Positions 13,364 to 25,997 are shown, numbered from the whole stretch's first letter. The stretch is DNA of 62,916 nt, filler included, from Octopus bimaculoides (GCF_001194135.2; 6 parts of 5 records of this genome joined end to end with filler, not necessarily neighbours in it); one strand, 5' to 3'. Program-made: numbers and translations. The notes: generated by a model from the letters alone, not told the origin.

Positions 13364-14107
13364 GCATTACTGACTTGTGGAGCTTTGTCAATCAGCTGAT
13401 GACGCGTGTTAGACGGATTCAGTTATCAGCCTCATTGAATTTGTATTGTTTAATTGCATTGTTAATTGTCATTTATTATATAACTCACATTTATACAAAC
13501 CTCACTTGCCCCTAGTGTTCGACACTTGTGCCCAATAAAGAAATGATTCTTCTTCTTCTTCTTCTTCTTCTTCTTCTTCTTCTTCTTCTTCTTCTTCTTC
13601 TTCTTCTTCTTCTTCTTCTTCTTCTTCGTAATATGACCCCTCCTCTGTCAAAGTAGCACCATTAGCTTCAAACCATATTGTCCCTAAAATTTTCGCGTTT
13701 CCTACGTCTGCTTTCAAATCCAAACTTCGCCTCTCAATAAATTTTCCCTATATCTTATGAACAAGTATATGCACAAATACAGATTTCCGCACACTCACAC
13801 GCACATCCATAGCAAGTGTGTCCACTCAGCTGGCAAAAATGAGTAGTACCTGTATTTCGAAGGAGCCAGCCTTGTCACACTCTGTGTCACGCTGAATCTC
13901 CCTGAGAACTACGCTAAGNNNNNNNNNNNNNNNNNNNNNNNNNNNNNNNNNNNTGTATGCATGTATGTATATATATACACACAAATATACGAATACTCAC
14001 GTCCCATGCTGCCACTTGATTTGATTGGTATTTAAAATATCGATCTTATCCTTATTTATATATAAACTCTCTCTCTCACTCTCTCTCTCTCACACACTCT
14101 CTCTCTC

Positions 14108-14180
<73 letters not shown>

Positions 14181-14390
14181 GACAGATATACATATTTATA
14201 CAGAAAATGTAATTTAGATTTAGTTTAATTCGGTATTTAACATGAGGCACCTTGTAAGGATGAACTTGGTTGCACACTCAAACAATGTTACGCGAATAGC
14301 AAACTCTACATGGAATTACTTCCACCGAAACGGCCGTAATGAATTGACACTTACTCATCTTTGTTATTTATAGTTTACACACACACGCAC

Positions 14391-14437
<47 letters not shown>

Positions 14438-14765
14438 CATGTGTGTGTGTGTGTTTTTGTGTATACGCTCTCATATACATACAAATACACATGGTCATTA
14501 TTACTTGTTTAGCAGGTTCTTGTCTCGTATTCGAAATTCCCGCCGCTTCACGCATTATAAACAACAACGTTACTGCCCCACACCTGTACTGTAGCTGATA
14601 TGATGCCCTTTGCTTTTAAAATGAAAGATGTGTTCAGTTAGTAAGAGCGTGCTAAAATTTGCGTTAGAAAATGTGTGACAGTTCACTTAAAAATTTATTT
14701 TAAAAACGTCTTCTATAGACTCTATGGAATACCTACATCAGTGAAGGTTCTTTATAGTACATTCA

Positions 14766-15130
14766 TTACTTCCACCTCAGTGGAGGCGGTGGTATTGTTT
14801 CAGTTGTGCTCGTTTGTTTGTTTGTCCGTGGACAAGATATCTCAAGAACCGCTGGATGGATTCGGATGAAACTTTCAGGGATGTTTGACCTCGTAACTGG
14901 CACAAACTGATTAGATTAGGGGATCGATCCGGTACTGGACAAGGATTCTGGATTATCTTTCCTACTTTTTTTAACATAATTTTTGAGAGCGGTCAGGTTC
15001 ATTTTTAGTATTCCCGTTTGTGAGAGCATTCGAGCTTATTTAACATATTCTCATTTTAAAATTGATCTGTGGCTAATCGTTGAGAAGACGTTGGTGTTGC
15101 CCTGGTGGAGGTTTGCGCTCCCTGAGCGCT
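14766..15130 (+). mobile_element. Helentron-associated non-autonomous element (HINE/DINE-like)
   Basis: 5' CTTCCACC with internal IR and (GTTT)n; 3' GGTGGAGG followed by terminal hairpin GCGCTC-CCT-GAGCGC. Confidence 0.6.
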
Positions 15131-15436
<306 letters not shown>

Positions 15437-16196
15437 TTGTTAATTATGTTTTCACGAAACAGCTACGTTTCAGAGGACAATTGTCGGTGTTCATACAATT
15501 AATATCATATATAATACAATTAGTATGCCGCTTGGGATGTGTGATCGTGTTTTGCAAGTATAACCCTGTTTAAAGTTCCAAAGAATGTTTAGGATATAAG
15601 AAGAAAGTTCTTCAGTTATTACTTAAAGCTTCGTTATTAGGATACTAGAAATTACGTTGCTACTATACTAATTGTTTAATCCCCACATCTGACAGGGTTC
15701 ATTTTTGCTATATAAATCTGTTTGGTTAAGTCTGAGAATGTGGGCGCACAACTCCCATTATTTTGAATTAGGATGTGTCAAACTACTAATATCATTGTCC
15801 TGTTGAGTTTACTAATATTTGATGCTGTTACAAGAACAGCAACATTGAAGTGGCAGAATAGGAGACTTTTATAGTGAATGTTTTAAAATTTGATCGAAAG
15901 TTGAAGAGTAAATGTTTTTTTTTTTTAATCATTAATATCTGCAACTTATTTGTTTTTACCTGTGCGGGAAATAGTGAATTGTACCAGGTAACTCTCTTCT
16001 GCGAGTGTTTATTGGCAGAAGAAAATAAAAAGACAATCCCCAAATATAAAAATTTCTTGATTTTGTTTTCCTTGTGTATAAATTGTGTTCCTTATATATG
16101 AATTACAACTAACGTGTTAAGGCGGTGAACTAATATACTGCATTTTATGTCATTCAAATCCCGTACGTAACAGTGTATATTCAAGGTGTTATTTCT

Positions 16197-16430
16197 TATT
16201 TCATTATTGCCCACAAGGGGCTAAACATAGAGGGGACAAACAAGGACAGACACAGGGATTAAGTCGATTACATCGACCCCAGTGCGTAACTGGTACTTAA
16301 TTTATCGACCCCGAAAGGATGAAAGGCAAAGTCGACCTCAGCGGAATTTGAACTCAGAACGTAACGGCAGACGAAATACTGCTAATCATTTCGCCCGGTG
16401 TGCTAACGTTTCTGCCAGCTCGCCGCCTTA
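16197..16430 (-). mobile_element. Full-length family B SINE (Meta/MESC-like central domain) with LINE-type tail and TSD
   Basis: AAGGCGGCGAGCTGGCAG head, GCCTTTCATCCTTTCGGGGTCGATAAATTAAGTACCAG core, tail CTGTCCTTGTTTGTCCCCTCT...GAAATAAG. TSD CAA(G/A)GTGTTATTTCT at 16182 and 16431, one mismatch. Confidence 0.9.
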
Positions 16431-17847
16431 CAAAGTGTTATTTCTATGACCGTCAGTGGTACCTCTACCTCCAGCATCAGTCATGCATTCATGGATAATC
16501 TTCTTACCAGAAGTTCATAGTGAAGTATCTTTTTTATACTTACGATTATGAATTTCTTTACCACTGACTCTTAATTACTTAGTATGCATTTTAGGAACGT
16601 TGTAACATGTTCAGATGATTAGGTTAGCTCTAAGTTTCAAACCTTTTCGATTTCCTAGTTGTTACAATACTATTATACAAATAGGTACAGGATAGCGGTT
16701 TGGTTTAATAAGTTCGCTTTACAACCACGATGTTTCGAGTCTTATTCCACTGCGTAGTGTTGCCTTGTAATGCACTGTGTCTAGTTGATTGTGCTTAATT
16801 ATTATGTTAATAGTATACATGTTGTCGAAAGCTCGTAAATTCAGGCGTGTTTAATTTAGTTGAAAGAACAAATGAATCCTCATCATCGAACCACAGCCAT
16901 TTAGATAAGATAAAGTGTTGTTATTAACAGTATCGTAGATAATATTTATGTTCACGGTCCTATCCTCAGCGATAATGAATAATCTTCTTACCAGAATATC
17001 CTTAGCGATACCTGGGGAGTATTTTCAGTAGTGAGTGAACACTTCAATCGAATGTTGGACTTTTTTATCTACTTCTTTGCACGCCTTGCAATAATAAACT
17101 GCGTTATTTTTTCAAAACTTTCATTTGCCGAGACGTTATATGTCCTAATACTTATTATTTTTAAAAACTAGTACGGAAATATTGGAATAAGGGTGGTTAG
17201 ATAAGCTATGGATATAATGCAAACTCTCTTTCGGTTCGTGAAATGGATATATAATATTTCTTTCAATAGAAACAGAAACAAATAATTTGAGAGTTTTGAA
17301 GAAATTATTTGCAGATGTTAACATAATTTTCCCGGTATAAATTAAACATTAATGTATAGCAATCTACGATATCGGTAGCTTAAACTGACCCAAAGAGCCT
17401 ATAGCAAACTCATATATCTTCAAATTGGATTCCATATCCAGTAATCAACTTAGAAGAGAACTAAAAGGTTCCTAGCTGCAATAATATTATCAATTTCCTC
17501 TCTAGTAATATTAGAAATCCTGATAGTAAATGTAAGAGCGTTGCTCAAAAATAAAGTGAGACACATAAATTGTGACTTTCAGAACTCAAGCTGTTGGGAG
17601 GAGGTTTCGCTTCTTTTTAACTTCGAAGTTCTACTGGGTTATTTCGCACGTATTATTCCACGGAGTCAAATACATACTGTATTTCATTTTAGGTAATATA
17701 CGATCTATAAATATTTAATCATTCTAAATAGGTTAGATTTTGATGGGTTTATAAGTCGAATCATAAGTTTTTATCAATAAAAAATCAGGGTTAGGGTTAG
17801 GGTATAGGCGTAGGAGTGGCTGTGTGGTAAGTAGCTTGCTTACCTTG

Positions 17848-17879
17848 ACTTCCGGTCATGCGCATTGGTTACTTCCGGT
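17848..17879 (+). promoter_or_regulatory. Putative internal Pol II promoter of the ORF1-only element
   Basis: ACTTCCGGT (ETS-type) at 17848 and 17871, with TGCGCA (NRF1 half-site-like) and ATTGG (reverse CCAAT) between them, all within 36 bp of the element 5' end. Confidence 0.5.
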
Positions 17880-18545
17880 AGACACGAGGAACAGAGTGGA
17901 TGGATGTTTTTCAACTCCGTCCAATATTGAACTATTGAGAAGCCAGTCGTGGTAGGTGGAATTGTTTTTCTTTTGAGCTGGGTGAGAATTATTGTTGTAT
18001 ATATTTTTCCACAAGCTCTGGGCAATTCCCCTCCTTTATGCGACTGTAGTTCTTGCTCGCTTTGCGAGAAAAATCTGTGTTCCTCGTTCGTCGTTGTGGG
18101 TGGGCGTGCCAACACAGCGACGAAGGGGAAAATTTCTTCGTAAAATTTGGTGTGGCATTTTTGCCAATTTAATTCTGCATGTGGATTTACCATTACGAAG
18201 AAGGTGAACTTTTGAATTGTTTCAATTCTCATGAAATTTTGTGTGGCATTTTTTGCCAAATTTGAACATTCTCTGTGAATTTACTCTGCATTGCGGAGTG
18301 TGTCAAGAACAGAACTCAGACAGCTGGAGTACCAGTCGAAGTGAACTTTTTTGTTCAGAAAATAGGATTCCCTGCCGGAACATAACTATTTTCTTTTCTC
18401 ATTTCATTTATTTCTTCTTCTAATTTTGGTTTTCCTTTTGTTCTTTTTCCTTTTCTTTTTCTCTTTTCTCATTTCTTCTTTCTATATTTTTCTTTTTTCT
18501 TTTATACGAACTGTGTTTATTTTCCTTTGAACTTCTTTAAAAAAC

Positions 18546-19331
18546 ATGGCAAAGGAACGGAGCGCTGCCCTGGAGTGGGAATTGTGCCCACACAGGCAGT
18601 GTTTGGATGAGATGGAGAAGAGGACAGTGGTCATGCGGACCTATTGTAGGTCACGCAATACCATTGCCCTCTTCAACAAAGAGGTTGTTGAAAGAGAGCT
18701 GGCAATTTGTTTTGCCAGCGAAGAAACTTTTTGTCTCCAGGGTTGTCAAGTTCGCAACGGTGTGGTTGTTGTTCGACTCCCCTGAGAAAGCTGCTAATGC
18801 GGCCAGTCGGACTCTGCAGGGGGGGGGGGATTTTGTGCCTCCCCTCTTACTGCGGAAGGAGAACAATTAGAGCATGGGTTCATGGACTACACCCAGGTGC
18901 CAAGGCCGAGTCGATCGTTGATTGATACCATCCGGCAGGGCTTGGGGGACAGTGGATCCAGGCTCCTTAATGTGCACATGTCACCTGCGGTCAACTGGAA
19001 GGGCGCCAAGGCGACATTGACCTTGTGGACTCCAGTGGCCGTAGATGACATGTGCTTCCCTTATTTTTTGAAGATGGCTGGGGCCAGGTATCCCGTGATA
19101 ATCGAAGATCGTCGTCCCAAGTGGCACCTGTGCCTGGAACCTGGCCATATCAAGAAGAACTGCCCCGAGGGCCGAGGTAAGGCCCCGGAGCAAAAGAAAA
19201 AAGGAAAAGGTGCCTCCCCCCCCCCTATTGATGGGGAGACGGAGGAAGTCGTGGAGGTGGGTGCCTCCACGAAAAGAAAAAGAAAGGTGAGCAACGACAG
19301 AAATAGAAACAGAAATAGAAACAGCTTGTGA
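18546..19331 (+). pseudogene. Frameshifted ORF1 (RRM-like regions plus CCHC zinc knuckle)
   Basis: Pieces in different frames: MAKERSAALE..., VKFATVWLLFDSPEKAA, LPSYCGRRTIRAWVHGLHPG, VIIEDRRPKWHLCLEPGHIKKNCPEG (CX2CX4HX4C with the first C changed to W), then a basic K/R tail. Confidence 0.8.
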
Positions 19332-20129
19332 CAAGGAGGACTTGCCTCCATTGATCCGGGCCAACCAATACAGGTTTTCCTGCAGGCAACAGGATACTTG
19401 CTTAGTGGCCCGGATGATGAGGATTAATGTGTTAAATTTTTTGATTTATTTGTATTGAACTATATTGAATGTATTGAACAATGTTTTCGAGGGGTTATCG
19501 GTCGTCGGGCGCCGGTACCACTCCAATCTTTATTTCATCTTTTTGTTATCACTCTCATCTCATTAATGTCTGTGTGCAACCCGCAGCTACTTTATGTTTG
19601 CCTGTCCTTGTTCGTCCCCTCTTTGTAAGGCCTTAATGGCCAATATTTAATGAAATAAAGTAGCTTGCTTACAAACCACATGATTCCGGGTTCAATCCCA
19701 CTGCGTGGTACCTTGGGCAAGTGCCTTCTACTATAGCCTCGGGGTCGATAAATTAAGTACCAGTTACACACTGGGGTCGATGTAATCGACTTAATCCCTT
19801 TGGGAGACGTAAACTGAAGGAAGCCCGTCGTATATATGTGTATATATATATATGTATGTGTGTGTGTATAAGTTTGTGTGTCTGTGTTTGTCCCCCCAAC
19901 ATCGCTTGACAACCTATACTGGTGTGTTTACGTCCCCGTAACCTAGCGGTTAGGCAAAAGAGATCGATAGAATAAGTACTAGGCTTGCAAAGAATAAGCC
20001 CTGGGGTCGATTTGTTCGACTAAAGGCTGAGCTCCAGCATGGCCACAGTCAAATGACTGAAACATGTAAATGAGTCGGTGTATAAATATAGACACACACA
20101 CACACATACACACACACATATATATGGAA

Positions 20130-20182
<53 letters not shown>

Positions 20183-20193
20183 NNNNNNNNNNN

Positions 20194-20255
<62 letters not shown>

Positions 20256-20386
20256 CGTGTCTGCATAACTATGCCCCACAAACCTATGCCCCACAAACCT
20301 ATGCTTCATTATATATCAATATATTATCACCTCTCAATGGAATCAGGACAAATATATTCAAGGAATACCTGATGAGCCACCTGTAT

Positions 20387-21065
20387 AGGCGGCGAGTTGG
20401 CAGAAACGTTAGCGCGCCGGGCGAAATGCTTATCGGTATTTCGTCTGCCACTGCGTTCTGAGTTCAAATTCCGCCGCGGTCGACTTTGCCTTTCATCCTT
20501 TCGGGGTCGATATAATCGACTTAATCCGTTTGTCTGTCCTTGTTTGTCCCCTCTGTGTGTAGCCCCTTGTGGGCAGTAAAAAAATAGATATTTCGTCTGC
20601 AGTTACGTTCTGAGTTCAAATTCCGCCGAGGTAAACTTTGCCTTTCATCCTTTCGGGATCGATAAATTAAGTACCAACTACACACTGGGGTCGATGTAAT
20701 CGACTTAATCAGTTCGTCTGTCCTTGTTTGTCCCCTCTATGTTTAGCCCCTTGTGGTCAATACAGAAATAAGAAACGTTAGCACGCCGGGCGAAATGCTT
20801 AACGCTATTTCCTCTGCCAATACGTTCAGAGTTCAAATTGACTTTGCTTTTTATGTTTCGGGGTTGATAAATTAAGTACCAGTTGCGTACTGGGGTCGAT
20901 CTAATAGACTATCCCCTTCCCCCAAAATTTCGCGCCATTCTTAAGGCAGCCAAATGGCAGAATCGTTAGCACCACGGACAAAATGCTTAGTAGCGTCTCG
21001 ATCGTCTTAACGTTCTGAGTTCAAATTCCGCCGAGATCTTCTATGCCTTCATTACCTTCAGGTTC
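20387..21065 (+). mobile_element. Nested head-to-tail array of four family B SINE units
   Basis: Units start at about 20387, 20589, 20772 and 20943. The first two end in the LINE-type tail, the third in the standard CCCCAAAATTTCG tail. Confidence 0.85.
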
Positions 21066-21784
21066 ATGAGTGCATATCTCAAATATAACACATTTGCATT
21101 GTTACCACTTTGATAAATTATCATATGGAGAAGTAAATACAATTTTTTTAATGACTCGGTCTGAATATTTGTATAGCTTTTGTGACATCATTCATACTTT
21201 ATGGCAGCCATGACAAATTTAATGGCAGCCATGACAAACTTCATAATGTCTTTTCATGAAATATCTCTACGGCTAAAGTTTGTACGATTAAAGAATTGCA
21301 AGAACTATTCAATTTGTTAATCATAAACATGTAAACAACATCAGATGTTCCATGTCAAGTTCTTTTATCTAACTTTATAGAGTATGAAGAATGATAAACT
21401 CTTATCCTACATTGATCATTTTCTGTCTCTAGAAATGGAATATTCTTCGTTTTCATAAGATTTTTCAAGAGTTATTTGGATATATGGTGCAGCATTAATT
21501 GGCCAGTTTTGGCAGCTGTCGCAAATTATTACAAAACTAATAAGTACTAGAAACCCTTGAAAGATTTCACACAAGCCATCAACAATAGCTTTCAGTTAAT
21601 TAATCGTCATATCCAGAAAGTGTTTTATTGGAAAATATGTAATCCTTTCAAAGAATATCAGATTTGTTATGTTATAACAAGTCTTATGATGATCTGTTGT
21701 CGTTACTATGTTTACTATAGTTTTATTTTATTTTTCTCATTGTTATCCAATAGAAATGGGAAAATAATTGTTGTCCGTTAGTCC

Positions 21785-21828
21785 TTAGTCTAAATTATTA
21801 ACTTCAAATTCTAAAATATTAGCATAAC
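21785..21828 (-). other. Candidate terminal coding exon (phase 1): (x)YANILEFEVNNLD*
   Basis: Acceptor ttacctgtttttatcag, followed by about 700 bp of repeat-free AT-rich sequence that could be a 3' UTR. Confidence 0.3.
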
Positions 21829-23607
21829 CTGATAAAAACAGGTAAATTATAAACCGTTTGTACTGCAACTAACACAATGATTTGTGTGTATTTGTGTGTG
21901 TGTAATTTTGTGAATGTGTTAGTGTGTGCGTATTTGTGAGAATATTTTTGTGTGTGCGCGCGTGTATGTGTGTGGTGTGTGTGTGTATTTGTGTAGGTGA
22001 ATGGTCTAAAAAATGTTTTCCAACTAAACATTTTTCAGTTAAAACGTTGCTTATACATACATATGTATGTAAATACATACATACATNNNNNNNNNNNNNN
22101 NNNNNNNNNNNNNNNNNNNNNNNNNNNNNNTTAATTAATTAANNNNNNNNNNNNNNNNNNNNNNNNNNNNNNNNNNNNNNNNNNNNGTGTGTACTTATGT
22201 ATATGATTGTGGAAGAATACAAAGTATACATAAGGATAAAATATAAGAATATATCAAGAAAACTAAGACTTCCCTAAGAAAGCAAAGAAATTTCTTTAAA
22301 TAAATTTATATTAGAAACTGAAATTTTATTTTGTTTTTCTTGTCTGAAACATTTGTCTCTAACTTATTGATTTTTTTCAGTTTACAATATGTGTTCATAC
22401 ATAAATACATACATACATACATACATATGTACATGCATACATACATAAATGTCTACATACATAATCATCATCATGATCATCATGATCATCATTTAATCTC
22501 CATGCTCTATGTTGGTATGGTTTGGACAACATAAATACTCATATCACTGCATTAACCTTGACCTAGTGGTTTAAGTGTTGTACTTATGATTGCAAGGTTG
22601 TGGTTTCAATTCTCAAGACCGGTGGTGGTGTGTTCTGTTTTTGCAGAAAATGCTTTGATTCGATTCACATTGTTCCAATCTCCTCATCTGCAAATGGGGA
22701 AACCAGACTATTATATGTTGTTAAATATCGCTGGTCATTATGTGCTAACTCACATTGTCTTACCTTTTGAATTATGCCACCATACTGCCCAGGCAGCCAA
22801 GCAGGCAGGCAGGTAAGCAGGCAGGCAAGCCAACATTTTTTTCCTGAACAGAATGCAAGTCCTTTACAGGTTTCCCCATTTGCAGATGAGGAGATTGGAA
22901 CAATGTTAATCAAAGCATTTTCTGCAAAAACAGAACACACCACTACCAGTCTTGAGAATTGAAACCACAACCTTGCAATCATAAATATAACACCTAAACC
23001 ACTAGGTCATGTGCCTTCACACTCACACACATATAGATACAGATATAGGTGTATATATTAATTTTTGCTCCAGCATGGTCACAGCCTTTGGGCTAGAATA
23101 TATAAAAGAATAAAAGAATATATATACACAGTGAAAGTATAGTTGCCCTTGCATACAAACTCATCCCTTGCAACCCTCTCCAGATGAGCATCCCTAATCT
23201 TGTGGACCTGTATGTGTGTTGGTGCCACATAAAAAGCACCCATGCTGGTGCTGTGCGAAAACACCCAGTACACTCTGTAAGGGCATCCAGTAATAGGAAC
23301 CATGCTAAAATAGACATGAAGCCTGAACAGCCCTTCAGCTGGTCAGCTTCTGTCAAACAGTCCAAATCATGCAAGCATGGAAAACAGATGTTAAATAATG
23401 ACAATGATGAGGAGGAGGAGGAGGAGGATGATTGTCAGCTTATCGAAATTCCTTTTAGTTTGAAATGGGAAAAAGTGTATAACTTATGATGCTAATAAAC
23501 ATGTTTTATCATATATTGTCCACTATTTGTTGTCTGTACTAGCTGCATAAATGCTTGAATCTTACTAGCCTCCTACACTTGGATCCCCAGATCATATTTA
23601 CCTATTG

Positions 23608-24270
<663 letters not shown>

Positions 24271-24334
24271 AAGACTATTTTCCATATTAACCTTCCTCTG
24301 ATATTGCTGCACTTCTCTCTCTCTCTCTGTTATA

Positions 24335-24585
24335 TATATATCATGTAGGGCCACATAAATGTGCCCATGTGGCATCACGTAAAAGCATCCATGTGGTGCC
24401 ATGCAAAAGCACCTGTGCAGTATCATGTAAAAGCACATGTGCAGTGCCATGTAAAAGCACCCAGCACACTCTGTAAAGTGGTTGGTGTTAGGAAAGGGCA
24501 TCTATCCAAAGAAACCATGCCAAATTAGACGTGCCAGATCTGGTCAAACTATTGAGCTCATGCCAGCATGGACAATGGATGTTAA

Positions 24586-24600
<15 letters not shown>
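24335..24600 (+). mobile_element. SINE with 21-22-bp tandem subrepeats (GTGCCATGTAAAAGCAC) and RTE-like 3' tail ending (GAT)n; relatives at 23215-23410 + and 26960-27170 -
   Basis: About six subrepeats, then AGGAAGGGCATC...CCATGCCAGCATGG...GTTAAATGATGATG. Confidence 0.6.
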
Positions 24601-24616
<16 letters not shown>

Positions 24617-25064
24617 CGATGATGATGGTGATGGTGGTGGTGATGGTGGTGATGATGATGATGATATATATGACAGAATTCTATGCTGCTTCTGTCTATC
24701 AAATTCAATCACAAGGCATTGGTCAGCCTGAAGCTAGAGCTAGAGTAGAAGGTATTTTCCCAAGGTACCATGCAGTGGGACTGAACCCGAAACCACGTGG
24801 TTGCAGACCAAGCTTCTTAACCACACAACCATGTGTGTGTGTCTGTATCTATATCCATATCTATAGCTTATATCACATAATTTATCATGTAAACAAATGA
24901 CGAAAGGTAAAATAAGTGTCAGACTTAAAATATGAATTAGGGATGATATGATTGATGAAATCCTTATAGATGGTATGGTACCCCCTCAACATAGCTGCAG
25001 TTCAATGCCTGAAATCAATAAAAGAATAAAGGAATGAAAGAATATGGGTAAATAAAGGAAATTG

Positions 25065-25290
25065 TATTTTTTTTTCTACTCTAAGCACAAAGCCTGAAAG
25101 GTTTGGGGAGGGGGCCAGTGGATTAGATCGACCCCAGTACGCAACTGGTACTTAATTTATCGACCCTGCAAGGATGAAAGGCAAAGTCGACCTCGGTGGA
25201 ATGTGAACTCAGAGCATAAAGACAGACTAAATACCACTAAGCATTTCGCCCAGCGTGCTAACGTTTCTGCCAGTTCGCCTTTCCTTTACA
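25065..25290 (-). mobile_element. Family B SINE, standard tail
   Basis: Same head and core as the 16197 copy. Confidence 0.85.
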
Positions 25291-25593
25291 ATAAAGGCAA
25301 TTGTATTGGCATGTATCTGCAGTCTTCATGTTTTCCTTAATGGCATTAATAATATAAAAGAAACAACATATATGTATAGAAGAGAATTGAAACCAGAATC
25401 ATAGGTTTTAGTCACAAGGAAGATTCTCTTACCTTCTATCACATGTGTTACAACACTTGCAATAACAATCAAGAAATGTTGTCATTCATTCAGTTGGATA
25501 AACTAATATAATTAATTAACACATGGACAGGCACACACATACAAACACACGCATATACACCACTCTCACAAGCACTCACACACTCACACACAT

Positions 25594-25624
<31 letters not shown>

Positions 25625-25922
25625 AATGCAGATGCACTCTCATATATATATATGTAAACATAAATGCATGCAAACATCCAAATAATTAAAACAACCTTTA
25701 GAAAAATATGAATTATAAATAATAAATGACAAAATAAATAGATAAATAAATGCAAAATTAATAAATATACATATATGCACACATATACATACATATATTT
25801 ACACACATACATATACACACATACAAATATATATATATTTANNNNNNNNNNNNNNNNNNNNNNNNNNNNNNNNNNNNNNNNNNNNNNNNNNNNNNNNNNN
25901 NNNNNNNNNNNNNNNNNNNNNN

Positions 25923-25997
<75 letters not shown>

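Larger units (their letters stand above)
17844..19657 (+). mobile_element. ORF1-only (HAL1-like) non-autonomous Tx1/L1-type non-LTR retroelement
   Basis: Flanked by a 15-bp TSD AAGTAGCTTGCTTAC (17829-17843, 19658-19672) that splits a SINE head. GC-rich 5' UTR, gag-like ORF1, no RT or endonuclease, 3' tail ending TGAAATA. Confidence 0.85.
17807..20070 (+). mobile_element. Family A SINE interrupted by the 1.8-kb ORF1-only element
   Basis: Head 17807-17843 resumes at 19658 after the TSD and runs to the normal tail. Confidence 0.85.

Noticed and set aside
20387-21065. Repeat-spacer-like periodicity (CRISPR-like)
   Set aside because: Units are SINE copies with no unique spacers, no cas genes, and the context is eukaryotic.
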